A DNA stretch of 64,000 nt from Candidatus Eiseniibacteriota bacterium. Lineage in GTDB: Bacteria > Orphanbacterota > Orphanbacteria > Orphanbacterales > Orphanbacteraceae. Under the pieces are notes generated by a model that made no database searches, was not told the DNA's origin, and worked only from the letters and a program-made list of their open reading frames with translations. Both the position numbers and the translations under genes were made by a program. Shown piece after piece: positions 55,944-64,000 of the stretch (positions within the stretch are counted from its first letter, which is position 1; each line of letters opens with the position of its first letter). The stretch is taken from assembly GCA_029262235.1 (NCBI GenBank), contig JAJCZU010000002.1:1142927-1206926 (forward strand), given 5' to 3'.

Positions 55944-58451
55944 ATGCTCCTTGCACGCCTTCTGAGCCTTCTCGGTATCGTCGGAACGCTCGGGCTCTTT
56001 CTGCCCGGCCGCTTTCGTGTGTTCGCGATTCTGGCTGCGGCCTCCGTTCTGCCGGGGCACGCGCTGCTCGTTCGCACGGCATGGGGGAGGCAGCAGAGCC
56101 CGTGGATGCGCGCCACCGCGTCGATTGCCACGTCATGGGCGCTCTTCTTCGTGGCCATCGTCATTGCGGAGCGGCTTCAGATCGGCACGGGCTGGTTCTC
56201 CATCCCGCTGCTCGCCGCCACGCTTCTCGGCTCGTTCGTGGCCTGGCTCCCGCCGAGGATTCCGGTTGCGGACGGAGGGAGAGAGACCGGCGCGCTGATC
56301 GTGCTACTGACGGTTCTCGCTGCGCTCGCGCTGGCGCGCGGCGCCTCGGTCACACTCGCGACGGATGCTCTCGATCACATCGCTTATCTCAAGGAGATCG
56401 TGCACACGGGCGATCCGTTTCCGCTGACGTCTTACTACGACCCGTCCACCGACACGGCGTACGACATCCGCAAGGGATTTTTTCAGCCGGTGCAGGCGGC
56501 CGTACTCGTTGCCACCGGATGCGATGCGGTGGAAGGGTGGCACGCCTTTCCCGCGGTGGTGCTGCTTCTCAGCGGCCTCGCGTTCTTCGCACTCGCGCGG
56601 GAAACTCTCGGGGACGCGCGGGCGGGCGTGATCGCAACCGCGGTCTATCTCCTCGGGTTCGACGCGGGAATCGCGGGTGTCTGGTTCGGACGCGCGTGCA
56701 CGCCGTTTCTGTTTTCGGCGCCGCTTGTCTGGGGAATTCTGCTTCTTGCGTATCGAGCGGGGCGCGGGGAGAAAACGCCGTTCGTTCTTCCGTTCGTCTT
56801 CGGCTTCGCCATCATGGGCGCGCACATCTTCGCCGCGGTCGTCGCCGGACTCCTTGCCGCGCTCTACGCGTTTCTGCACGTACTCCGTTGGAAGGGGCGC
56901 GCGCTTCGTTCTTTCAGCGCCGCTCTCGGACTCATTGCCGCGGGCATGCTGCCGCTCGGACTCTGGCGGTTCGCGACGAGCTATCCGCCGGTCGACCCGG
57001 TGCACACGCATCTCCAGGGAGTCGTTACCGTAAGCGAGGGACTGTTCTTCTCGACACCCGTTCTCGCGGTCGCGCGGCTCGGACTCTTTTCGCTCCTCGC
57101 GATCCCGGCAACGATTCTGCTCGGCAGACGCTTATGGAAAGAGGAAGGCGTATTCTTCGCGGGGGCCGTTACGATCGGCCCGCTGCTGCTCATTTTCAAC
57201 CCGCTTCTTGTCCCCGTGCTCGCCAGGATCGCGGGGTATCTCGTCGCCCGTCTCGCCTGGTTCGGCGGTTACGCCCTCGTGTGGGGAGCGCTCCTCGGTC
57301 ACTGGTTCCGCAGCCGTGCTCCGGGTGACCGGAACACGGCACTCGCCAGGGGCGCCGGGGTCGCGGCGCTGCTCGTGTTTCTCGGCACGCTGAGCCTCGG
57401 CGATCGTCAGGAGGACTGGCGCAAGCTGCAATGGATGCGGACGGCACCGCGCGCGGAATGGCACGTCGAGACCTGGCCCGATCTGATCGGGCTTCTGAAC
57501 ACGCTGCCCGCACGTTCGCGGATCGCGTCCGATCCGCTGACCTCGTATATGATTCCGGCGTTCACGTCGCACAAGGTGACCACGCTGCTCGCGCAGCATT
57601 CATCACCGGCGGATCCTGTTGCGCCCGCGCGTCTGCAGGACGCCGTACGCATTCTTTCGCCGTTTACGAGCGCGCGCGAGACGTGGGACGCGCTCCGGCG
57701 CCGGGACGCGGATTATCTGGTGCTGAATTTCCGTTTCGAGAAGCCCGTTGTGCTCTTCTACAGCGGAATCGATCCCGCGCTCCACGAAGCGACCCTCGCG
57801 AAGTTCCGGCGTGACCCGGACCGCTATGAGGAGATCGGGGCGATGGACCGCTGTCATCTTTTCCGGATCGTGAAAAGCGCGCCTGCGCCGGAGCCCGGCG
57901 TCCCGGACGGGATGGCGGCGATGACCCCGGAAGTGGCCCTGTTGCCCCCGGATGCCACGCCGGTCGCTCCGAACGCGAGCCCCGCGGGCATACAGCTGCT
58001 GGCGGCGTCGCTCGGCACGAAGACCGTGTCGCCGGGAGACACGATTCCGCTTACCCTTTACTGGACACGCGGGGCGGGCAAGGTCGGCCCGATCCCGGAA
58101 AGGCTCTATCTGCGCCTCGACAGCCGGGAGCCCGGGGCGATCGATCGCGATTCTCCGATCGGCAAGCTGACCCGCAAATGGAGACAGACACGCGAAGGGA
58201 AGCTGTTCCGGGCGCGCACGAGCAGAAACCTCGTGCGCGGAAGCCTGCCGGCGTTTCTCTGGCATCCCGGAGCGATTCTCGTCGATTCGATCGCGATTCA
58301 GGTCCCTGCCCGGATGGCGCCCGGCCGGTACGCCGTGGAGGCCATGCTCCGCCCCCATGCGCACATTCAGGTCTACCACTGGACCGACTTCCTTCGCGAA
58401 GAGGATTCGTTCAGCGGTATCACCGTAGGAGAACTGGAGATACGGCCGTAA
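55944..58451 (+). CDS. large polytopic membrane protein, unknown family (GT-C-like candidate), paralogue 2
   Basis: 835 aa; same architecture and shared blocks with the 51984..54452 product (DAxDH...RKG loop, xDPxxPxHxHL, QHSSPxDP, PGRY). Confidence 0.6.
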   Translation: MLLARLLSLLGIVGTLGLFLPGRFRVFAILAAASVLPGHALLVRTAWGRQQSPWMRATASIATSWALFFVAIVIAERLQIGTGWFSIPLLAATLLGSFVAWLPPRIPVADGGRETGALIVLLTVLAALALARGASVTLATDALDHIAYLKEIVHTGDPFPLTSYYDPSTDTAYDIRKGFFQPVQAAVLVATGCDAVEGWHAFPAVVLLLSGLAFFALARETLGDARAGVIATAVYLLGFDAGIAGVWFGRACTPFLFSAPLVWGILLLAYRAGRGEKTPFVLPFVFGFAIMGAHIFAAVVAGLLAALYAFLHVLRWKGRALRSFSAALGLIAAGMLPLGLWRFATSYPPVDPVHTHLQGVVTVSEGLFFSTPVLAVARLGLFSLLAIPATILLGRRLWKEEGVFFAGAVTIGPLLLIFNPLLVPVLARIAGYLVARLAWFGGYALVWGALLGHWFRSRAPGDRNTALARGAGVAALLVFLGTLSLGDRQEDWRKLQWMRTAPRAEWHVETWPDLIGLLNTLPARSRIASDPLTSYMIPAFTSHKVTTLLAQHSSPADPVAPARLQDAVRILSPFTSARETWDALRRRDADYLVLNFRFEKPVVLFYSGIDPALHEATLAKFRRDPDRYEEIGAMDRCHLFRIVKSAPAPEPGVPDGMAAMTPEVALLPPDATPVAPNASPAGIQLLAASLGTKTVSPGDTIPLTLYWTRGAGKVGPIPERLYLRLDSREPGAIDRDSPIGKLTRKWRQTREGKLFRARTSRNLVRGSLPAFLWHPGAILVDSIAIQVPARMAPGRYAVEAMLRPHAHIQVYHWTDFLREEDSFSGITVGELEIRP

Positions 58452-58578
58452 AGACTCTCCAGAAATCGGGAATCCCGTCCGAAAAGAGGAACAATAGAGA
58501 GGGTTTACGCGAATCGCCACGCGTCATACACTTTTACACGACCTGTGCCATCGACACGCTCGCATTCGAAGGAGAGAA

Positions 58579-59676
58579 ATGAATATTCCGTTCGTCGACC
58601 TCAAGTCGCAGTACGCAGGCATTCGTGATGAAGTTGCCGAAGCTGTTCAGGGGATTCTCGACAATACCGCGTTCATCGGCGGCAAGCCTGTGAAAGACTT
58701 CGAGGAGGCGTTCGCCGCCATGGAAGGCGCGCGCTTCGCCGTGGGAACGAGTTCCGGTACGTCTTCGCTTCACATCGCCCTCGAAGCGGCCGGGGTCGGC
58801 CCCGGCGACGAAGTCATCACCGTGCCGAACACGTTCATCGCGACGACCGAGTCCATCAGCCAGTGCGGCGCCAAGTTCCGGTTCGTCGATATCGAGCCGC
58901 TGCGCCACAACATGGATCCGGCGAAGATCGAAGCGGCCATCACGCCGAAGACGAAAGCCATCGTGCCGGTTCACCTGTACGGCCAGCCGGCCGACATGGC
59001 CCCGATCATGGCGATCGCGAAGAAGCACGACCTGATCGTGATCGCCGACTGCGCGCAGGGTCACTGCGCGACGTACGACGGAAAGAAGATGGGCGAGCTC
59101 TGCCACGCTTCGACATACAGTTTTTACCCGGGCAAGAACCTCGGCGCGTACGGCGACGCCGGCGCACTCGTCACGAACGACGAGGCGCTCGCAAAGAAAT
59201 GCGCGCAGCTGATCGACCACGGCCGCTCGGGCAAGTACGAGCACAATCTCGAAGGGTACAATTACCGGCTCGACGGGATACAGGCGGCGATCCTGCAGGT
59301 GAAGCTCAAGTACATCGAGGGCTGGACCGAAGCGCGGCGCGCGGCGGCCTCCTATTATCGGGAACGCCTGACTTCGCTTCCGATCGAAGTGAATCAGGAA
59401 GCGAAGGGTTCGCGCCACGTCTACCACCTCTTCTCTGTGTTTCACGAAGACAGAGACCGACTGCGGGAGGGACTCGAGGCAAAAGGCATTGCCGCCGGAA
59501 TCCACTATCCGATTCCGCTGCATCTGCAGGTGGCGTATGCCGACCGTGGATACGCGAAGGGAGATTTCCCGATCGCCGAGAAGAGCGCGGCCACCCAGCT
59601 CTCTCTGCCCATTTTTCCGGAACTGACGAAGGAACAGATCGACCACGTTGTCGATACGCTCGGGTCGCTGCTGTAG
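58579..59676 (+). CDS. DegT/DnrJ/EryC1/StrS-family PLP-dependent sugar aminotransferase
   Basis: 365 aa; typical start MNIPFVDLKSQY; AAGIHYPIPLHLQ block; AGGAGAG before the ATG. Confidence 0.9.
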   Translation: MNIPFVDLKSQYAGIRDEVAEAVQGILDNTAFIGGKPVKDFEEAFAAMEGARFAVGTSSGTSSLHIALEAAGVGPGDEVITVPNTFIATTESISQCGAKFRFVDIEPLRHNMDPAKIEAAITPKTKAIVPVHLYGQPADMAPIMAIAKKHDLIVIADCAQGHCATYDGKKMGELCHASTYSFYPGKNLGAYGDAGALVTNDEALAKKCAQLIDHGRSGKYEHNLEGYNYRLDGIQAAILQVKLKYIEGWTEARRAAASYYRERLTSLPIEVNQEAKGSRHVYHLFSVFHEDRDRLREGLEAKGIAAGIHYPIPLHLQVAYADRGYAKGDFPIAEKSAATQLSLPIFPELTKEQIDHVVDTLGSLL

Positions 59677-59707
59677 CACGCCCGGCCTGATCCCTTTCGC
59701 GGAGACC

Positions 59708-61195
59708 ATGTTGGATTCCAAACTCGCATCGTTACGGAGTCGCCGTTCGCGGAACCGCGCACTCCTGCTTGTCCTGAGCGACATGATTCTCGTCGCGGCG
59801 AGCTTCCTGTTTGCGTACTGGTTCCGGCTGCAGTCCGGGTTCTTTCTGCGAACCATTCCACTCGAGTCGTACCATTTCCTCTCGCTCGGGGCCGTCTGCC
59901 TCGTCTGGGTGATGATCATGAGCGCGCACGGGCTGTACCGGCGCGAAGTGTATCTCTCCGTGTTCGATCAGATGGTCGGCATATTCAATTCCGTGAACCT
60001 GGGCGTACTGCTCGTCCTGTTTCTCGCGTTCGTTACGAAGTTCGACTACTTCCTCGAGCGACGTCTCGTGCTGCTCGTCGCCTGGGTCATGGCGATCACG
60101 CTGCTTACAGGTACGCGCGTTTTTCTCTATCGCGGCCTTTTTCTGACGCGCATCGCGAAGGATCCGTTCCGGTGTCGCATTCTGATCGTGGGCGCGGGCG
60201 AAACAGGCACGCAGTTTCTGCAGCTCGTCCGTCACACGAAAGACCATGTGTACGACGTGGTGGGGTTTCTCGACGACGACCCCGCGAAACACGGACAGAC
60301 GGTCGAAGACATTCGCATTCTCGGGAAAGTGGACGATATCGAAGACATCGTGGCCCGCCTCAATATCGAACGCGTGTTCGTGGCCGTGCAGAAAATCGGG
60401 CAGGAGGGGCTGATCGATCTGATCTCCCGCTGCATGCGGTCGAAGGTCCCCGTCAAAATGATTTCCGATCAGTTCCACATGTTTGCCGCGGACGGCGCGA
60501 TCGAACGAATCGACGGCGTACCGACGCTCGCCGTGCGCGATACGCCGATGACGGGTTTCCATTTTCTGATGAAGCGGGCGTTCGACGCCACGACCGCGGG
60601 CGTGCTGCTGATCGTGCTCGCCCCGCTCTTTCTCGCGCTGGCGATCATGATCAAGACAGTAGGCGGGCGCGGCCCGGTCTTCTTCAGGCAGACCCGCGCG
60701 GGGCAGGGCGGAAAGCCGTTCAACTTCTACAAATTCCGTTCGATGCGGACCGACATGGACGACGCGGTCCATCGCGACTACGCGAAGAACTTCGTTTCAG
60801 GAGAAGCGAAAGCGACTTCGGATTCCGAAGCGGACACGCCTGTCTATAAGATGAAACGCGATCCGCGCGTGACGGGAATCGGATGGATTCTGCGCAAGAC
60901 GTCGCTCGACGAACTCCCGCAGCTCTTCAACGTTGTGAAGGGGGAAATGAGCCTCGTCGGGCCGCGACCGCCGATTCTGTACGAACTGCAGTACTACAAA
61001 GAGTGGCACCGGCGGCGCCTCGACGCGAAACCCGGCCTCACCGGTCTCTGGCAGGTGAGCGGGCGGAGCAGCGTGCCGTTCAACGAAATGGTGCTTCTCG
61101 ACCTCTATTACATCGATCACTGGTCCTTGAAGCTGGATTTTGAGATCATGTTGCGCACCGTCCCGGTTATACTGTTCGGGAAGGGCGCTTACTAA
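59708..61195 (+). CDS. undecaprenyl-phosphate sugar phosphotransferase, long form (WbaP/WcaJ-like)
   Basis: About 495 aa; N-terminal TM bundle, central Rossmann-like region, C-terminal bacterial sugar transferase domain (PRP...[10 protein letters not shown]). Confidence 0.85.
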   Translation: MLDSKLASLRSRRSRNRALLLVLSDMILVAASFLFAYWFRLQSGFFLRTIPLESYHFLSLGAVCLVWVMIMSAHGLYRREVYLSVFDQMVGIFNSVNLGVLLVLFLAFVTKFDYFLERRLVLLVAWVMAITLLTGTRVFLYRGLFLTRIAKDPFRCRILIVGAGETGTQFLQLVRHTKDHVYDVVGFLDDDPAKHGQTVEDIRILGKVDDIEDIVARLNIERVFVAVQKIGQEGLIDLISRCMRSKVPVKMISDQFHMFAADGAIERIDGVPTLAVRDTPMTGFHFLMKRAFDATTAGVLLIVLAPLFLALAIMIKTVGGRGPVFFRQTRAGQGGKPFNFYKFRSMRTDMDDAVHRDYAKNFVSGEAKATSDSEADTPVYKMKRDPRVTGIGWILRKTSLDELPQLFNVVKGEMSLVGPRPPILYELQYYKEWHRRRLDAKPGLTGLWQVSGRSSVPFNEMVLLDLYYIDHWSLKLDFEIMLRTVPVILFGKGAY

Positions 61196-61209
61196 GCGAA
61201 AGGACACCA

Positions 61210-62220
61210 ATGCGCAACATTGCCGTGATCGGGTGCGGATACTGGGGACCGAACTTCGTTCGGATCTTCACGCAGATGCCCGGATCCCAGGTTAAATACG
61301 TCTGTGATCTGAGTCAGGATCGCCTCGACCAGATGAAACTCCTCTATCCGCACGTGACGACCACCACGGATATGAACGATATTCTTCAAGACCCCGAGGT
61401 CGACGGTGTGGTCGTAGCCACCCCCGTGCGGACACATCATCCGATCGCGAAGATGTGCCTCGAAGCGGGGAAGCCGACGCTGATCGAAAAGCCGATCTGC
61501 TCCTCGGTCGAGGAAGCGGACGACCTCATCGCCATCGCGAAAAAGAAGAAAGTCGCCCTGATGGTGGGGCATACTTTTCTGTTCACCGCCGCCGTCAACA
61601 AGGTCAAGGATCTGTTGAACAAGGGCGACATGGGTGACATGCACTATGTGAACTCGACGCGCGTCAATCTCGGGATCTTCCAGGAAGACATCAACGTCAT
61701 CTGGGATCTCGCGCCGCACGACATTTCGATTTTGAATTTCATTTTCGATTCCGATCCGGTCAGCGTCTCCGCGCACGGCCGCGACTACATTCAGAACGGC
61801 GTAGAGGATGTCGCGTTTCTGACGCTTCATTACCCGAACGGCAAGATGGCGAACCTGCACGTGAGCTGGCTCGACCCGTGCAAGATCCGCCGCACCACGT
61901 TCGTCGGCAGCAAGAAGATGGTCGTATACGACGATGTCGAACAGCTCGAGAAGATCCGCATCTACGACAAGGGCGTCGACGTGCAGCCGCACTACGAAAC
62001 GTTCGGCGAGTTTCATCTCGCGTATCGCTTCGGCGATATCTTCACGCCGAAACTGGACGACCGGGAGCCGCTGAAGGCGGAAGCCCAGGAGTTTCTGAAG
62101 GCGATCGAAACGGGTCGCGCAGAGCGCGCCACCGGGGAAGAGGGACGTTCGGTGGTCCGCGTGATCGAAGCTGCCTGTGAGTCGATCAAGAAACAGGGCG
62201 CCCAGATCTCACTCTCATAA
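61210..62220 (+). CDS. Gfo/Idh/MocA-family sugar-nucleotide oxidoreductase
   Basis: N-terminal VIGCGYWGPNF Rossmann motif and EKP motif; 336 aa. Confidence 0.85.
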   Translation: MRNIAVIGCGYWGPNFVRIFTQMPGSQVKYVCDLSQDRLDQMKLLYPHVTTTTDMNDILQDPEVDGVVVATPVRTHHPIAKMCLEAGKPTLIEKPICSSVEEADDLIAIAKKKKVALMVGHTFLFTAAVNKVKDLLNKGDMGDMHYVNSTRVNLGIFQEDINVIWDLAPHDISILNFIFDSDPVSVSAHGRDYIQNGVEDVAFLTLHYPNGKMANLHVSWLDPCKIRRTTFVGSKKMVVYDDVEQLEKIRIYDKGVDVQPHYETFGEFHLAYRFGDIFTPKLDDREPLKAEAQEFLKAIETGRAERATGEEGRSVVRVIEAACESIKKQGAQISLS

Positions 62221-63315
62221 ATGAACGCACACCGCATCCTGTATGTTTCGAGCGGCCGCACATTCGGCGGCGCGGAGCAGGTCATGCTGTCGCTCGCGAC
62301 GGCGTTCGCGCATGCCGGATGGGAAGTGCGTGCGACTCATCACCCCGAGAACACGATTCTGATGGACGAGATCGCGCGCCGCGGACTGGACGGGCGCGCG
62401 TTCCCCGAAATCGCGCGGCGCGCGGACGCGGGTGTGTTCGCGGACTTCGTTCGTGAGTACGCGCCTCGCCTCGTCCATATCCATCGAACATGGCCGCTGT
62501 CGGACCGACACGCGGGCCGGGGCGCGCGCAAAGCCGGAGTGCGCGTCATTGCAACCGAACATGTACGCATCGAAGAGGCGGGAGTGCGCGACCGTCTCGC
62601 GAAGCGCGTTCTTTCGCGCTACGACGACCGCGTGATCGCGGTTTCGGATGCGGTACGCCGTTCGTTGACGGGCTTCTGGGGCGTGGATAAGACGCGCGTC
62701 ACGACGATCCCGAACGGGGTCGATGTGGCGTCTTTTGCGCGCCCCCGCGTTCCCGCCGGGAGCGGCACGCACTTCTCATCCGGCGCGGCTTTTCGCATCG
62801 GCGCGATCGGACGCCTGGAACGCCAGAAGAACATGCCGGCGCTCATCGAAGCGTTTGCGATCGCGCGCCGTTCCGGCCTCGACGCCGAGCTTCGCATCGT
62901 AGGGGTGGGGTCCGAGCGCGACCGCGTAACACAGGCGATCGCCACGTCCGGCGAAGCTGATCGCGTGGCCGTTCTTCCTCGCATCGACGACGTCCCCGGA
63001 TTCCTGGCCGAGCTCGATCTTTTCGTGCTTCCTTCGCTCTGGGAGGGACTCCCGCTGACGATTCTCGAGGCGATGGCGTCGGGCGCGCCGATCGTCGCAA
63101 CCGAAGTCGACGGCACGCGCGAAGCGCTCACGCACGGCGAGCATGCGCTGCTCGTGCCGCCGGACGACACGAAAGCGCTCGCTCGGGCCATCACGACGGC
63201 GGCCCGCGATCACGAAGGTGCGGCGCAGCGCGCGACCGCAGCCGGCCGGCGCGTGCGGGACGAGTTTTCGTTCGATGCCGTCGTCGCGCGGCACCGGGAG
63301 ATCTACGAATCATGA
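62221..63315 (+). CDS. glycosyltransferase family 4
   Basis: 364 aa; GT-B layout with the C-terminal E-x7-E region (EGLPLTILEAMASGAPIVATE). Confidence 0.8.
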   Translation: MNAHRILYVSSGRTFGGAEQVMLSLATAFAHAGWEVRATHHPENTILMDEIARRGLDGRAFPEIARRADAGVFADFVREYAPRLVHIHRTWPLSDRHAGRGARKAGVRVIATEHVRIEEAGVRDRLAKRVLSRYDDRVIAVSDAVRRSLTGFWGVDKTRVTTIPNGVDVASFARPRVPAGSGTHFSSGAAFRIGAIGRLERQKNMPALIEAFAIARRSGLDAELRIVGVGSERDRVTQAIATSGEADRVAVLPRIDDVPGFLAELDLFVLPSLWEGLPLTILEAMASGAPIVATEVDGTREALTHGEHALLVPPDDTKALARAITTAARDHEGAAQRATAAGRRVRDEFSFDAVVARHREIYES

Positions 63316-64000
63316 AACGTGTCGTCGGTTTCTCGAGCATCCCGATTCGAAACGCCGCGAGCGGAGGCGCCGAGCGGATCGAAAGTCTATACCGCCACCT
63401 CCCGGATCGTTATCGCTGCACCGTGGCCACGCTCGGCGGCGCGAAAGCCCGGCGGGGGAGCGAAGACGTCACTCCGCACTTCACGATTCAGAATTATCCT
63501 TCGCCGGCGCAGACCGCGTTCTATTACGCGGACCGGTTTCGGATCGCGCCTTTTTTCGAAGTTCACAAACTGCACGCGAAACGGCGCGCCATTCCGCGCG
63601 CTCTTCTCCGCGACGCACCCGACCTCGTACAGTTCGACTCGCTCTGGCTCACGCCGTGGGCGGCGGAAGTGCCGGCCGGCGTTCCCGTCGTTTACGCGAG
63701 CCACAATTACGAAACGGAATGGTATCAGGGGCAGCTGCGTCGTTTTCCGTTCTCGCAATCGCATCTCCGCAGCCTGCACGCGCTCGAGAAGCGGGCCGTG
63801 GCGCGCGCGGATCTCGTGATCGCCGTGACGAACGAGGATCGCGACAAGATGATCGAAGAGCTCGGAGGGAGCGCGGACAGGATCCGCGTGATCCCGAACG
63901 GTTTCGACGACGAGACGATCCTGCCCGCGGACGAGCGCACGAAGCGGGAGGCGCGTCGCGCGCTCGGGCTGCCCGAAGACCGCACGATCGCGCTCTTTTC
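63312..64000 (+). CDS. glycosyltransferase (GT4-like), 5' portion; continues beyond the window end
   Basis: ATG at 63312 overlaps the upstream stop (ATGA); the frame is open to the window end; absent from the ORF track only because no stop falls inside the window. Confidence 0.65.
   Translation, partial: MKRVVGFSSIPIRNAASGGAERIESLYRHLPDRYRCTVATLGGAKARRGSEDVTPHFTIQNYPSPAQTAFYYADRFRIAPFFEVHKLHAKRRAIPRALLRDAPDLVQFDSLWLTPWAAEVPAGVPVVYASHNYETEWYQGQLRRFPFSQSHLRSLHALEKRAVARADLVIAVTNEDRDKMIEELGGSADRIRVIPNGFDDETILPADERTKREARRALGLPEDRTIALF

Noticed and set aside
1-64000. Search for tRNA, rRNA, CRISPR arrays, transposases, integrases and phage genes.
   Set aside because: No intergenic gap exceeds about 320 bp, no repeat-spacer periodicity was seen, no tRNA-like GTTCGAATC-type arm was found in an intergenic context, and no transposase or integrase motifs were recognised. 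Absence is by eye only and could be confirmed with tRNAscan, Infernal and CRISPR finders.

Overview
This is a GC-rich, densely coding bacterial chromosome segment from an LPS-producing (diderm) organism, with many overlapping stop/start junctions (ATGA, GTGA, TTGA). I found no rRNA, tRNA, CRISPR array, transposase or integrase. All protein assignments are motif recognition by eye on the supplied ORF translations; no database search was run. The window falls into three blocks. (1) Bases 1-35553, plus strand, a housekeeping and envelope supra-operon: polA (3' part), coaE, prfB with its +1 frameshift, lysS, lolC/E-lolD, mcsA-mcsB, clpC, bamA, skp, lpxD, lpxC-fabZ fusion, lpxA, an oxidoreductase, an ICMT-like methyltransferase, lpxB, DUF374, kdtA, lpxK, nadB, Memo-like, AMMECR1, DUF62 SAM hydrolase, bshC, bshA, msbA, two GT9 genes, gmhB. 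(2) Bases 35561-43259, minus strand: rmlB, rmlA, metH, a homocysteine-methyltransferase/MTHFR fusion, rmlC. (3) Bases 43577-64000, plus strand, a Wzx/Wzy-type polysaccharide locus. The best candidates for something undescribed are: a Memo/AMMECR1 pair coupled to a DUF62 SAM-cleaving enzyme instead of a radical SAM partner; a GT2 plus two paralogous ~820-aa membrane proteins bracketing the Wzy gene; a BY-kinase-like protein with a degenerate Walker A next to a nucleotidyltransferase-like protein and an AlkP-family enzyme; and GnnA-like plus LmtA-like genes inside the lpx cluster.
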